NCBI GenBank assembly: GCA_964016885.1
Contig: OZ024750.1
Span: forward strand, 28,830,001-28,894,000
From: Eledone cirrhosa
Taxonomy: Eukaryota
Direction of reading: 5' to 3'
DNA length: 64,000 nucleotides
Shown here: piece by piece, positions 13,201 to 28,885 of the stretch
Position numbering within the stretch: position 1 is the first letter of the stretch
Layout of the letters: each line of letters starts with the position of its first letter
Translations under genes and position numbers: made by a program
The notes under the pieces: model-generated
Told to the model about the DNA's origin: nothing
What the model saw: only the letters and a program-made list of their open reading frames with translations
Database searches by the model: none

Positions 13201-13264
13201 GGCACTTACTTAAATGTAAGTATGTATGTATACGTACATATATGTATACAGACGTACAGTAGTA

Positions 13265-13344
<80 letters not shown>

Positions 13345-13554
13345 TATATATATATATATATATACATACATACAGGTACACATTATGTACGTATCAGTTT
13401 AGCGTTCCTGTGTCAGTGTTGAACAAAAAGGTGACGTGGTTGCCTTAACACCGTACGGCATAAATCAGGCTGTCCGTTTGTTTACAAACGGACAAAGCGG
13501 GCGTTATAATAAACGTCCGCTAAACTGATACGTACATATATATATGTGTTCCTG

Positions 13555-13598
<44 letters not shown>

Positions 13599-13706
13599 TA
13601 CTACTGTACGTCTGTATACATATATGTATGTACGTATACATACATACTTACATTTAAGTTAGTGCCGTACTAAGAGTGAGAAATGAAATTTCGTTTCATC
13701 CTATTT

Positions 13707-13710
<4 letters not shown>
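13201..13710. mobile_element. Second fold-back copy of the 506-bp element family
   Basis: Antisense arm 13201-13403, then a sense segment starting cgttcctgtgtcagtg (13403) and ending ttcaac (13710), followed by (TA)n. Homologous to 6883-7245. Confidence 0.88.
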
Positions 13711-13772
<62 letters not shown>

Positions 13773-13774
<2 letters not shown>

Positions 13775-13912
13775 CAGAAATAACCGTCGAAACGGCTTGA
13801 GCTCTGCAGTCGGGGTCTTGAACATTTTCCTACTCCACTACTCTACTACCCTAAGTATTGAGAACTCTGGTGTGTTATGGTCCACCTGGTTCCTTACAAC
13901 ACTTCTTTCGTT
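13773..13912 (+). mobile_element. (TA)n-flanked short repeat, family D
   Basis: cgaaacggcttgagctctgc...ctctactaccctaagtat is shared with 51640-51772 and, in reverse, with 53393-53531. Confidence 0.8.
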
Positions 13913-13929
13913 ATATATATATATATAGT

Positions 13930-13982
<53 letters not shown>

Positions 13983-14075
13983 CGTATTTATATATATATA
14001 TGTTTATACATATATATGTACAGAGGGATACACGTTTATACGGATCGTCTGTGTGTGTGTGTGTGTGTGTATACG

Positions 14076-14140
<65 letters not shown>

Positions 14141-14208
14141 TTATACATATATATGTACAGAGGGATACGCGTTTATACGGATTGTGTGTGTGTGTGTGTG
14201 TGTGTACG

Positions 14209-14246
<38 letters not shown>

Positions 14247-14279
14247 CATATATATGTACAGAGGGATACGCGTTTATAC

Positions 14280-14366
<87 letters not shown>
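13913..14366. repeat. (TG)n/(TA)n tracts with a motif repeated three times
   Basis: tttatacatatatatgtacagagggata(c/g)..gtttatacg at ~14003, ~14140 and ~14241. Confidence 0.85.
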
Positions 14367-14375
<9 letters not shown>

Positions 14376-14504
14376 TTTAAGAGTGTAAAATGAAAGACAA
14401 GTCTTATATACCCTGTTAAGTTGACAATAAAAAGTGAAAACAATGACCCCAACAAATCTTTGGGCTTCTATTACTTTCCCCTTGACTGGATATAGACTCA
14501 CTGA

Positions 14505-14660
14505 AATTGTTGTAGTTGGTAATGTTGTTGTTGTTGGTGTTGGTGTTGGTGTTGTTGTCGTTATTGTTGTTGTTGTCGTTATTGTTATTGTTGCTGTCAT
14601 TGTTGTTATTGTGGCTGTTATTGTTGCCGTTGTTGTTGCTGTTTGTTATTATTGTTGTTC
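14505..14660. repeat. Degenerate (GTT)n microsatellite
   Basis: Direct inspection. Confidence 0.85.
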
Positions 14661-15306
14661 AGTCGTTGGTCATCGAGTATGTCTATCAGCGAATACATGC
14701 CAGCCGTGACCATCCTGTCTGTCTGTCTGTCTGTCTGTTTGTTATTACCGAGATATATAACGTGTTCTGTCATTCTCCATCTTTTTAAGATGACAAACAA
14801 TGAATAGAGAGAGATGTGGTTGCTATTTCTAGCAGGTCAAGAGACCACTTAGAGGCTCACGCACTGGTTGCTTTGGTTAATTACTGTTGTGATAATATGG
14901 AAGCTGGAAGGAGGGAGAGAAGAAAGGAAGTAGAGAGGGAATGAAGTAAGGAGGGGGTGATCGGGAGGGGTAGAGGGGGGGAGAAGGAGGGAGGAAGGAG
15001 GGAAGTTAATGGGAGGTGATTGATTGACTCACTTTCTTAACGAACTCTCCTCCTCCACCTCTCCTCCTGCCCCCCCCCCCTTCTTCCCTACCCCCTCCTC
15101 CCCCTTCTTAACAGAAAGCAGATGGCGACTGTCGATCAGGCTCATTATTTATTCTAATCCTGAATTATAGCAACAACAACAATTACAACAACAACAAAAT
15201 CGAGTGCCCGATTAACCGCTGTTTGGTGGTAGTGGTGGCCCGGGGGGGGGGGGGGGGGTTAAAGAGATATGAAAGAATAAAGAAGAACAAAAGAACCATC
15301 AATCTA

Positions 15307-15374
<68 letters not shown>

Positions 15375-15378
15375 CCAA

Positions 15379-15409
<31 letters not shown>

Positions 15410-15602
15410 GATAATAAGGGTGCTGCGGGGTTGCTAATGGGTTACATATGAAAAAAGTTTGTCCTTCATCAGTGATCTTCCAACCATCATAGGCATTTCA
15501 TCGCTTTAAAGACCATATACCTCCGGTTGGTGCGAGCAACGGCTCAAAAAAGTCGTTGGGACACGTAAATAAAGGGGACGCGAGGGTAAACAAACAAAAT
15601 GG
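15410..15602. mobile_element. (TA)n-associated repeat, family B; 5' part duplicated at 15911-16010
   Basis: gtccttcatcagtgatcttccaacc...gtcgttgggacacgtaaataaagggg is shared with 53577-53902 and, in reverse, with 24857-25185. Confidence 0.85.
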
Positions 15603-15636
15603 ATTGTGTCTATTACATTCCTTTGTTAAATTTCGA

Positions 15637-15694
15637 ATACCTGATGATGTCACCGGATTCATACTGAACCCGGTCATTGAAATGTTCATAGTAT
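15637..15694 (+). ncRNA. Type I hammerhead ribozyme followed directly by AATAAA
   Basis: atac, ctgatga 15641-47, long stem II accgg-attca-tac-tgaa-cccggt, gaaa 15679-82, tgttca, ta, gtat. aataaa at 15695-15700. Confidence 0.78.
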
Positions 15695-15738
15695 AATAAA
15701 CCTTAAAGGAATTACACCAGTCCAGCCTCTTGTTATTT

Positions 15739-15913
<175 letters not shown>

Positions 15914-16295
15914 AATAAGGGCGCTGTGGAGTTGCAAATGGGTTACATATGAAAAAAGTTTGTCCTTCATCAGTGATCTTCCAACCATCATAGGCATTTC
16001 ATCGCTTTAAATATATATATATATATAATATATATATATATTTGTTTTGCAGGGTTTTTCATATGAAATCGTGTGTTGAAACAAATATTGTTACATTTGG
16101 GGAGGATCATTTTGTTATAATATTACCAGAAATATATAGTAAAACACACTCACTGTTTGGTTTGGGTTGGTTTTTGCTTCAGTATATTTCGTATATCTCT
16201 AATTAATTTAGCTGGCAATATACATACATACTCATTAAAACAACGATAAAAGGCCTGACTGGAAAATTTACTTCAGAATTTTAATCCTGCTAAAG

Positions 16296-16498
16296 CTTCT
16301 TCTCTTCTTCTTGTGACGCTAAACTCCGCCAGTTGCAGACTGCGCATCAATATGTGGTATCTCTCTCCACAAAGTTCGATCAACAGCAGCAGAGTTTAAA
16401 GAGCAAAGATCAAGTACAGTCCGTAAGTTGACATTGTCAAGCCATCGTTTTGGCTGCCAGCCTCTGCTTCTCCTACCAGCCAACCTTCCTTCCAGGCA
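16296..16498 (-). pseudogene. RTE-clade LINE 3' end (ORF C-terminus and GAA tail)
   Basis: Minus-strand translation CLEGRLAGRRSRGWQPKRWLDNVNLRTVLDLCSLNSAAVDRTLWRE...GGV*, then gaagaag. Matches the RTE G.R.RGR...RW.D...DR..WR terminal motif. Confidence 0.8.
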
Positions 16499-16589
16499 TA
16501 ACCTACTACTACATAACCGCTAAAGCACTATGCATCTAATCTCGCATCATGATCGGATGATAGGGCTGGACCATCAGAATTAGAATTCT

Positions 16590-16750
16590 TAAGTAAATTT
16601 TACAATGTCAACTTTGTCTTTCATCCTCCAGGGTTTTGATAAAATCAAATAGTTGTCAAGTACTGGGTCGGTATAATAAACAGCCCCAACACCACCACCA
16701 CCACCACCACCATAGCCCCTCCAAAAAATCCTGGCCTTCTGTTTAAATTG
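16590..16750 (+). mobile_element. Diverged family A SINE
   Basis: caactttgtctttcatcctccagggttttgataaaat body and ctggcctt tail. Confidence 0.6.
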
Positions 16751-17028
16751 GAACCCATTGTTTTGAACCATATTTAAAGCACCGAAGATTAAGTCTTTTG
16801 ATTCAGTTGTACCGCGATTCTAGAAATAACATCTGTTAATTTCTTCATGTTTTTCTTGTTACATAAGTATGTTAGTGTGTATATATATACATAAGTGTGT
16901 TAGTGTGTATATATATACATAAGTGTGTTAGTGTGTATATATATACATAAGCGTGTATATATATATATATGTTAGTGTGTATATATATATATATACATAA
17001 GTGTGTTAGTGTCTATATAGATTCATAA

Positions 17029-17067
<39 letters not shown>

Positions 17068-17674
17068 AGTGTGTATTGGATGGGGATGTATGAAGAAGAT
17101 AAGAGAAAATAAGAATTTTTAAGGGGTAGAACGTGAAGACATTATGAATCACATGTGTCAGCCATTTCAGTGACCCGAAGAAGCCTTAAAATTTGGAATT
17201 TTAAACAAACCAATTATTCGACTATTTTTATCATTACTCCGTCTATAGCTGAGTTGTTTCACAGTTGGTGTCTTCGCAGCCAAGTAGAATTATGTTCCGT
17301 GTCAAATAACAAGGCACGAATTAAAAAGCCATCATTCGTACGGACGGCATCTTGGCCACAAAATGTTATACTGACACTCTGTTAATATATACTATAACAA
17401 AAAGAATCAGTGTTTCATCAAGTTAAAAGTGTTTATAAGGCAACAGAGCATCCGTGGACGAATGAATAAATAAATAAAGAAAGGATATCTAATACAGCAA
17501 TGGCCTGGATCCGTTCTGTTATTCTAATTTCTTTTACAAGTCAACTAAACTAAGACATTCATGCTAGCTTCATCGTTATTTTAGGCTGTTTTTGATGTCA
17601 TTTGGACTCCGCATGACAAAGAATTGTTTCGTGTTTTGGGGGAGATTTGGGTTTGTTTGTTTCTTTCTTTCTTT

Positions 17675-17682
17675 GTGCGTGT

Positions 17683-17762
<80 letters not shown>

Positions 17763-18172
17763 TTTACTAATAAATGACATTATGTAGTCCATCATGTCAC
17801 ATGACTTCCTGACTGACAAGTGGCACGTGTCTACGAAAATTGGCTAGCCTAACATAAACAACACTTCTGTCTTCTTTTATTAAAAAAGATCCTCTTCGGC
17901 TTCCTTGCCTATTACAGTAAGTTGTGTAAGTGTGTGTGTGTGTGAGCGTGTGTGAGCGTGTGTGTGTGTGTGTGTCTCACTCTCTCTCATTCTCTCTCTC
18001 ATTCTCTCTCTCTCTCTCTTTCTTTCTCTCTCTCTATGTATGGGTATGTGTAGCTGTGTATGTATGAATCTCTCTCTCTCTCTCTCTCTCTCATTCTCTC
18101 TCTCTCTCATTCTCTTTCTCTCTCTCTTTCTCTCTCTCTGTATGGGTATGTGTAGCTGTGTATGTATGAATG

Positions 18173-18259
<87 letters not shown>

Positions 18260-18824
18260 GGATATGTGTAGCTGTATATGTGTGTATGTCTCTCTCTCTC
18301 TCTGTATATATATATATATTATGTGTGTGTCTGTGTCTGTGTGTATGTGTTTATCTCTGTGTCTGTGTATGTATGCGTATCTATGCTTACGTCTGTGTAT
18401 CTGTATGTCTGTTTATATGTATGTGTGATGGAGGGAGACCTAGTACATACGTACGTATAGATTTCTTATCTAATTAGATATTTTCCTTTACAGTAGTGCG
18501 AGTACGTAGCTGTATGTGTGTGTATATATATATATATATATATGTATGTATATATATATGTATGTATATGTGTGTATGTATGTATGTATATGTATGTATG
18601 TATGTATGTATGTATATATATATGTATGTATCTATCTATCTATCTATATTTATATATATATATCTGTGCGTATGTATATGTAAGTGTGTGTATGCATGTA
18701 TATATGTATGTATGTGTGTATGTATGTATGTATATATGTATATATGTATGTATGTATGTATGTGTGTGTATGTATGTATGTATGTATGTATATATATATA
18801 TGTATGTATCTATCTATCTATCTA

Positions 18825-18879
<55 letters not shown>

Positions 18880-19095
18880 ATGTATATGTAAGTGTGTGTA
18901 TGCATGTATATATGTATGTGTATGTATATATAAGTATGTATGCATATATATATGTATGCTCTATGTGTGTATATATGTATATGTGTGTATGTATGTATAT
19001 ATGTATGTATGTGTGTATGTATGTATGTATGTACGTATGTATGTATGTATGTATGTATGTATGTATGTATGTATGTATGTATCTATCTATCTATC

Positions 19096-19128
<33 letters not shown>

Positions 19129-19245
19129 ATGTATATGTAAGTGTGTGTATGCATGTATATATGTATGTATGTATGCATGTATATATAAGTATGTATGCAT
19201 ATATATATGTATGCTCTATGTATGTATGTATGTATGTATGTATAC
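17675..19245. repeat. Microsatellite cluster: (TG)n, (TC)n, (TATG)n, (TA)n
   Basis: Direct inspection. Confidence 0.9.
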
Positions 19246-19361
19246 GGATATTTTGAATGTCCGTATAGAAGGAATAGGTTTTAAGGTTTATAAATATATG
19301 TTCTGTTATGTTAGCTGTATTTCTAAAGCTCCTCTCTATATAATTAACACACTTATCTAAT

Positions 19362-19511
19362 AACTCCGGTGGTCTTGTTCCCCAGGACAAATCCCTATTT
19401 ACTGCTATCGGAGCAGAGTCGGCCGCCCGCAGGCGAGAGCCTAGCGAGGTGGAGTGGCTCTTTCAACACAACACCCTCTCCATCCTGTCGGCCGGGACCC
19501 AGAGGCGGAGG
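19362..19511 (+). pseudogene. Decayed CRE-clade non-LTR retrotransposon 3' fragment
   Basis: Translates KSLFTAIGAESAARRREPSEVEWLFQH-NTLSILSAG, homologous to the 27761-28022 fragment with an internal deletion. Confidence 0.65.
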
Positions 19512-19775
19512 GTAAGTTAGTTGATGGTGGAGGATAGTCGTTCGGACGTCACTTCTACAGCTAAAGTATATTTACAAAATTCCTATCTACTTATCATTCC
19601 TACATCTTGTTAAAAATATTTCTTCTGGTTTCATTACCAATAAGGCGGTGGGTGATTGACAGAGTCGCTAGGGTGTCACATTAAATACCTCGATATATAT
19701 TCCGAATAACTGCACCGCTCTGAGTTCGTATCCTGCCAAGGTTGAGACAAGCTTCAACGTTACATAGTCCTAATA

Positions 19776-19875
19776 TTTAGAGTAGTGACAGACTCACTTA
19801 CTTTAATTTCAGCAAACAGGAGGAGATAAAGCTGTTTACTGAAATTAAAGTAAGTGAGTCTGTCACTACTCTAAA
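19776..19875. repeat. Inverted repeat with 44-bp arms and a 12-nt spacer
   Basis: 19776-19819 versus 19832-19875, 1 mismatch. The downstream sequence 19862-19985 is homologous to the reverse of 62040-62163. Confidence 0.88.
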
Positions 19876-20311
19876 ACAATAGCATAAGGTCTTCGAAATG
19901 CTTTTAATTAAGCATAAAGTGTATTGCAAAATGCACTATATATACATTCATATATATATGGCTATTTCAGAGCACCAATTCTAATTTTTAATTTCTGCTT
20001 GACCGGCAACCGCTCTGTATAATCAGTTCCTGATTATTTACTAGAATTCTATAAGAGGAAAGGGGTACTCACTCTTCGTACTCCTGGAGATGAGGGTTGC
20101 ACATTTTTTCGGGGGTATGCGTTACCCATATGTAATGTCTCTCCCTATTGGGGAAAATCGATTGATTTTTAAATTACATTTGTGATAATATTTTACACGT
20201 TTTTTATTGTATGTAAACTTCCCCCTTTGTATTTGTTCCCATCTTTTGTGCCCCTGTGGCTAATAAAGAAACATATCTATCTATTTATCTATCTATCTAT
20301 GTGTGTGTGTG

Positions 20312-20345
<34 letters not shown>

Positions 20346-20671
20346 TGTATGTATGTATGTATGTATGTATGTATGTATGTATGTATGTATATATGTATGT
20401 ATGACCCCTTAGCCTTTGTCAAGGCAGAATTCTAGGAGAAGGAAAACTCTGATATAACACCTGCAACCCTGATGGTATCCAATGATGTTGACTTGTTCTT
20501 CTTTTTGGTAAATATCATCTTGATTAAGAGAGTGGGACTGGCTTTGTGCAGTGCCTTTGCTCACTATAAAAGCTTCACGGCACAGGCATTGCTTTATATC
20601 TGGAGATCTCTCTGCACTTGTCGTCACATGGTACCATGGGCCCAGCACTATGTGTCAATAATTGTCACAAG

Positions 20672-20803
20672 TGTAGTGTTTGTACCAGAGTTTTCAAGTC
20701 GCTGGCTGGACTAAAAAGTCACACTCGTTCAGTGCATCGGTAGGGGTTCTCCTACATGGATATAAAGTAGTGGCCGTACTCGAAAACGAGTTGGCAGCCA
20801 CCA
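20672..20803 (+). mobile_element. Interspersed repeat 3' end with (TATG)n tail; second copy at 56152-56275
   Basis: tgtagtgtttgtaccagagttttcaagtcgctggctggactaaa...tactcgaaaacgagttggcagcca is nearly identical at both loci. Confidence 0.8.
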
Positions 20804-21174
20804 TGTATGTATGTATGTATGTATGTATGTATGTATGTATGTATGTATGTATGTTCTTCTGGTTTTATAATTTCACAAATTTTTGCCAATAGAGAGAGAG
20901 AGTCGGTTTCTAACATAGACACAAGACTCTCTCATTTGAATTTACACAACATCAGCTAGGTAGATATGTCTGCATGTCTGCATGCATGCATGTGTAGGTA
21001 TGGATGTTATTGTATATGTGGATGTGTATGTTTTTAGTTATATATGTGTGCATGATATATGCTTAGTATGTATGTATGTATGTATGTATGTATGTATGTA
21101 TGTATGTATGTATGTCCGAATGTATTGGAACTAAACTGATTTCAATATATTTCTAAAATACTAACAATACTAAT

Positions 21175-21525
21175 AATTATTTCTACTTTTGGCACAAGGC
21201 CAGCAATTATTCCAGTGCATTACTGGTACTTTATTTTATCGACCCCGTAAGGATGAAAGGCAAAGTTAACCTCGGCGGGATTTGAACTCATAACTTTAAG
21301 GACCATAACTCTATGCTGCAAAGCATGGCGTCCAATCCTCTACCGCCCTAATAATTGTTTCCACTTTTGGCACAAGGCCAGCAAATACCCAGTACATTAC
21401 TGGTACTTTATTTTATCGATCCCGTAAGGATGAAAGGCAAAGCTAACTTTGGCGAGATTTAAACTCAGAACGTAAAGGGTCACAATTCTATGCTGCAAAG
21501 CATAGTGTCCGACCCTCTACCGCCC
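21175..21525 (-). mobile_element. Two head-to-tail family A SINEs
   Basis: Reverse-complement body ctggtactttattttatcga...ggatgaaaggcaaag at ~21223 and ~21400. Confidence 0.85.
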
Positions 21526-21810
21526 TAATAATACTAACAATACTAATTAACTGTATTAGTAAAACCATGGTTTAAAGACAACGCTCGTTAATGGTGATTG
21601 TTTTACTGCCAATGGGTGATACTGATCCCTAAAATCTCCAGACACAGACAGGACCCTTATAAAATATAACATTTACCTGTTTTCTAATTTGATTGTGCAC
21701 GTGGTTGATTGACAGGAAGTGATTGCCGCCAGGTGACGCCATTTAGATTGTCATGGTGTGTCGCCCGGGAATATATATCCGGATGATGCAGTCGAACCCC
21801 ACCCGCCTCG

Positions 21811-23814
<2,004 letters not shown>

Positions 23815-24204
23815 CAGTGTTGTGGGTGAACTGAGAACTAGAAGCTACCACACCAGTGTGACAAAACAGGAACAAACAGTTAGACACAGTAAAATAACAT
23901 TTCGGGCCAGAAGAAAATATTATTTTTCTCTACAAAGTTGAGGAGACGAACTTCTAAGAATAACATCAGTTGTCAACTATGGAGACATCCATGTTGATCA
24001 CAACCTCCACTTCTTTGTTTAATTAGGCTCTCTACTATATATATATATAACCAAAGGTTAAACAAGGTTCATTGATTAATCAATGAATATAGTTTTACAA
24101 TAGATTAGAAGCACTCAACTGCAAAAATGTTTTCTGGAGTTATTAATATTAAATCAAAATATTAATAAATGTAGACATTCACTTAATCAAAATATATTTT
24201 ATTA

Positions 24205-24378
24205 TATCGGTAGAGGGTCAGACACCATGCTTTCCAGCATAGTTACGTCCCTTTACGATCTGAGTTCAAATCCCGCCGAGTTTGACTTTGCCTTTCATCC
24301 TTACGGGGTCGATAAAATAAAGTACCAGTAATGCACTGGGGTAATTGCTGGCCTTGTGCCTAAAGTAGAAACAATTAT
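24205..24378 (+). mobile_element. Family A SINE
   Basis: B box at ~24262, with conserved body and tail. Confidence 0.88.
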
Positions 24379-24611
24379 ATATATTTCGGAGGTACATATA
24401 TACATACATACAGATATGCATACACATACATACACAAATTTTATATATGCATATGTTTTATACACACACACACACACACACACACATACATACATACACA
24501 CACACACACACATATACATACATACATACATACATACATACATACATACATACATACATACATACATACATACATACATACATACATACATACATACATA
24601 CATACATACAT

Positions 24612-24806
24612 CATTTTGGTACTAGACGAGCAATTTGTGGGAGCGGAATTTCGATTAAATTGACCCCAGTACTTGACTGGTATTATATGTTATCGACTTA
24701 AGAAGGCGGAAATGTAACATTGACACCGCCGGGATTTGAACTCAGAACGTAAATAGCAGGAACAAAAAGAACGCTGACATTTTATTTGACACTCTGCCAA
24801 TTTCAC
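24612..24806 (-). mobile_element. Diverged family A-related SINE
   Basis: gggatttgaactcagaacgtaa (reverse B box) and ctctgccaat head. Confidence 0.65.
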
Positions 24807-24856
24807 TACACACACACACACACTCACACACACACTCTCATATGTATATATATATA

Positions 24857-25181
24857 ATTCACAGACTAGATCCCTTCTTCCTCCCGTTAGACCTGTACGG
24901 AATTCCTTCCTTGCTCACATTCCAACCAGGTTTGATGGTCTTTATTCTCTCTCGTTCACGATTTCACCGAATTTATATTCATGGAAATTTGGGACTTGAC
25001 TCCTTCTTCCTCACTTTTCGTTGCTTCACCATCTTTGTTTGTTTACACTCTCGTGTCCCCTTTATTTACGTGTCCCAACGACTTTTTTTAGCCGTTGCTC
25101 GCACCAACCGGAGGTATATGGTCTTTAAAGCGATGAAATACCAATGATGGTTGGAAGATCACTGATGAAGGACTAACTTTA

Positions 25182-25185
<4 letters not shown>
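24857..25185. mobile_element. (TA)n-flanked repeat, family B (reverse of 53577-53902)
   Basis: ~330 bp with high identity to the reverse complement of 53577-53902 and the same boundaries. Confidence 0.88.
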
Positions 25186-25234
<49 letters not shown>

Positions 25235-25721
25235 CGCTCACAAACACACGAACACATACATGCATACACACACATACATACACACATACACACACACACA
25301 TACATATATCAACCAACTTTCCTAAATTGAATTATATATATATATATATATATATTCAAAATAGAGCGCGCACAGGACAAAGACGATGGAGAAAAAAAAC
25401 AACGGAAAGATTGACAATCTCATCTCCTCAGTGAACCGCTGGAAATCACCACGGTTTCGGATCATTAAGGTAATTACAATTCATTCCAGTGCACATTTGG
25501 AAATAGCAAAACAGGTAGAAACAAGTTACGCCTTTAGGCAAATTACACAAATATAGAGTGCGCAAGGTCTTAACCAAAGGAGAAAAGTATAGAAAGGAGA
25601 TAAATACATAGTAAAACAGAAGAGAATCAGGACTCAGTCCAACGTGCAAACAAAGAAGGACGCTGGAGCGTAGAAAATGTAAGAAGGGAGAATAGAAGAA
25701 AACAAGCTGCACACACACATA

Positions 25722-26474
<753 letters not shown>

Positions 26475-26547
26475 TATATATTAAGATATATAGTCTACAA
26501 GGAAGGTACATATATATTATTTTAATGCTTGATACGGTAAGAAATAC

Positions 26548-26586
26548 GTTTTAACGTTTCGGAAGTTAGGCCTTCATCAAAATATA
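26548..26586 (-). ncRNA. Degenerate hammerhead (C3 to U), family C
   Basis: Reverse complement UUGAUGA-AGG CCUAACUU CC-GAAA-CGU-UA with palindromic AACGUU. The flank is homologous to 28810-28885. Confidence 0.5.
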
Positions 26587-27030
26587 GAATGAAATGCAAT
26601 ATAAAAGAAGAAATAGAAAGATAGACAAGAGGAAAAATAGAAGAAAAAAAACAGTAAAAAATGTTTTCGGTGGGAAAGCGCATGTATATTTGGTCAGCCA
26701 TTTTGTGGGGATATATAGTTAATAATTATAAGTAGCCTGCAACCTCAACGGAAGATAAGACTATGTGACTAATATAAACTGACAGTGAAGGAATAAAGAA
26801 ACAAGAAAAATAACTGAAGTCTATAGAAAAGCTATGAATCGAGAGAACAATTACATTGTTATAAAAAAACAACGCCCCCTCACTTCAGGTGTGTTTCTTT
26901 TTCCAAGCAACATGTTACGTGTGAAGAGGTGAGCATAATTGACTTTGAAAAACAAAACTGTATCAAAAATTATATATATATATATATATAAATGTGTATA
27001 TATGTATATGTGTGTGTGTATGTATATATA

Positions 27031-27070
<40 letters not shown>

Positions 27071-27171
27071 CATATATATATGTGTGTGTGTGTGTATATA
27101 TATATTTGTACTGCCTCTCTGTTTTTGTTCCAGTCCAAGTTTTCACTATATATATATATATATATATAATC

Positions 27172-27219
<48 letters not shown>

Positions 27220-27542
27220 ATAAATATATATACTCACTCGAAGAGAGCGAGTATGAATGGAGAGAAAGAGGGATAAGAGTCAGGTATTTATTTATACTAG
27301 GAATATAACAAGTCATATAAATAAAGAAGACAGTTTTAATTATGGAGTAGAACTGTTAATGTAAGAAACTACAACTTAGCCTTCCGAGTGAGTGTTTCTG
27401 TGTTTATCTTTCAATGGCGTGTCTTCATAGGAAATAGGCCGTTTCCTTTGACATGACACTTAGCTCTCAAATATCTCTGATTTCTTTGTTATAAATAGGT
27501 ACCAGGGGAAGACAATAATCACCCCCACTGAAAACAGTAGAA

Positions 27543-27719
27543 TACTATGTTTCCCCGTCGTCGAAGTCGCTACTTTTTTTCCTAAAATAAGTCACAAAAA
27601 GCTACCATGCGTCCTAGAGGCTGAAGGTTGTTTATTATTATTTTTTTTCAAATTTTTGGTTGTCAAAATTAGGCTGCGTCCTCGAGGACGAAGCGTCTTC
27701 GGCGCCGGGAAATATGGTA
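27543..27719. mobile_element. pogo/Tigger-type (Tc1-mariner superfamily) MITE
   Basis: Left end ta-ctatgtttccccgtcgtcgaagtcgc; reverse complement of the right end ta-ccatatttcccggcgccgaagacgc. TA flanks. Confidence 0.7.
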
Positions 27720-27760
27720 ATTATCATCTGGAACGCTGGGAAATATGGTAACTATCATCT

Positions 27761-28022
27761 GCCACAAACCACGGTACCGTGGCTCGCAATGCAGAGGACA
27801 GGACGACAAGGAAATATCGGGGCTTTTCCGACTGCTTCCTCTTTGCACCGGTCGCTGGCGAGACCTCAGTCGTCTTCGGATCGCTAGACTACTGACCTCC
27901 TCTGTAAAATCAGATCAATAGCAGCCCGTTTGTGGAAGAAGTCTCGCGAGGTTCGGTGACTGTTGCAGCGTGTGTCGCTGGCCATTGTCCGCGGAAATGC
28001 TTTTGACATTTTGTCCGCGGGG
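27761..28022 (+). pseudogene. Decayed CRE-clade non-LTR retrotransposon 3' end (restriction-like endonuclease C-terminus)
   Basis: ATNHGTVARNAEDRTTRKYRGFSDCFLFAPVAGETSVVFG...AARLWKKSREVR*LLQRVSLAIVRGNAFDILSAG shows the AE..K..KY, P.A.ET.G and QR.S.AI.RGNA motifs. Contains stops and frameshifts. Confidence 0.8.
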
Positions 28023-28057
28023 CGCAGCCGAACCACCGCTCTGGCTTAGATGTAGAG

Positions 28058-28221
28058 CAGTCGTGGGAAAACTGCGGAACGCGAGCCGCATGCAGCCCTT
28101 TTGGCTTTCTGAATGGCACGCCTAATCCCAAAATTGCCTTGAATGTTTTAGTAGTGCGGCCCGCCATATGATAAGCCACATCCTATGCGGCCCACTGCTC
28201 GAAAAAGGTTGCCCATGTCTG
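28058..28221. mobile_element. hAT-type MITE (164 bp) with 8-bp TSD
   Basis: TIRs cagtcgtgggaaaac and gttgcccatgtctg. Flanks atgtagag (28050-57) and gtgtagag (28222-29). Confidence 0.8.
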
Positions 28222-28850
28222 GTGTAGAGTCTGTCAGCCTCTCCCCCTCTCTATTTCCTTCCCCTGTCTAGTAATCCTTGCTCTTCTCCTCCTTTTCCTC
28301 TCATTTATGCCATCATGAATTCTGAATTCTTGCATTCGTAAAATCAGTGAAGGCGTTTGTTAGTCGTGGATTAATTATAAGTAAAATAAGTGTAGAAATA
28401 TATGTGTTTATTTAATATACGAGGCGACTGTAATATTGGTGTTATTAAACAAAACTAAACTGTCATGTCTTTTCTTGAAGTCAGTATTTGAGCTGTTTCT
28501 TCATGGAAGTAGACATGTCTGGTATGAATTGTCTAGACTACGACGTATGTGGAAGACATGTTATTCAGAAGTAAGATGGTGGTAGTAATGTTTTGTATTG
28601 TGTTTAACAGGAAATAAAAGGGAATGATTTATATGAAGAAAAAAGAATGTGGGAACAACATAGCAAACTGTGAGACTCACCAGAGTCAATAGAATTCTAT
28701 CTATCTAACTATTTATCTATATGTATATCATATATATGTGTGTGGGGGTGTGTGTGTGTGTGTGTGTAAAAGGTAAACAGAAATAACAACACAATCGGTA
28801 CAGTATATGGAAGGGATATATTAGGTTAATGCTTGATATAGCAGGAAGAG

Positions 28851-28885
28851 AGTCTTAACGTTTCGGACGCTAGTCCTTCATTAGA
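28851..28885 (-). ncRNA. Degenerate hammerhead (G5 to A), family C
   Basis: Reverse complement CUAAUGA-A-GGAC UAGC GUCC-GAAA-CGU-UA, truncated by (TA)n. Element 28766-28885 has a further partial copy at 52021-52105. Confidence 0.55.

Noticed and set aside
16339-16422. Candidate 84-nt plus-strand exon (ttgcag|...|gtaagt)
   Set aside because: Better explained as the antisense of an RTE LINE C-terminus.
19386-19511. Candidate 126-nt exon (ttccccag|...agg|gtaagt)
   Set aside because: The translation matches the CRE-clade remnant at 27761-28022 and the homology extends past the acceptor. Exonisation cannot be excluded without RNA data.
23890-23915. ggcccgaaatgtta on the minus strand (possible hammerhead 3' half)
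   Set aside because: There is no CUGANGA partner or stem I.
25425-25500. Hammerhead-like pieces on the minus strand (ccgaaaccgtggtg; ctgagga)
   Set aside because: The halves are in the wrong order or lack UH and stem I, so no complete fold could be built.
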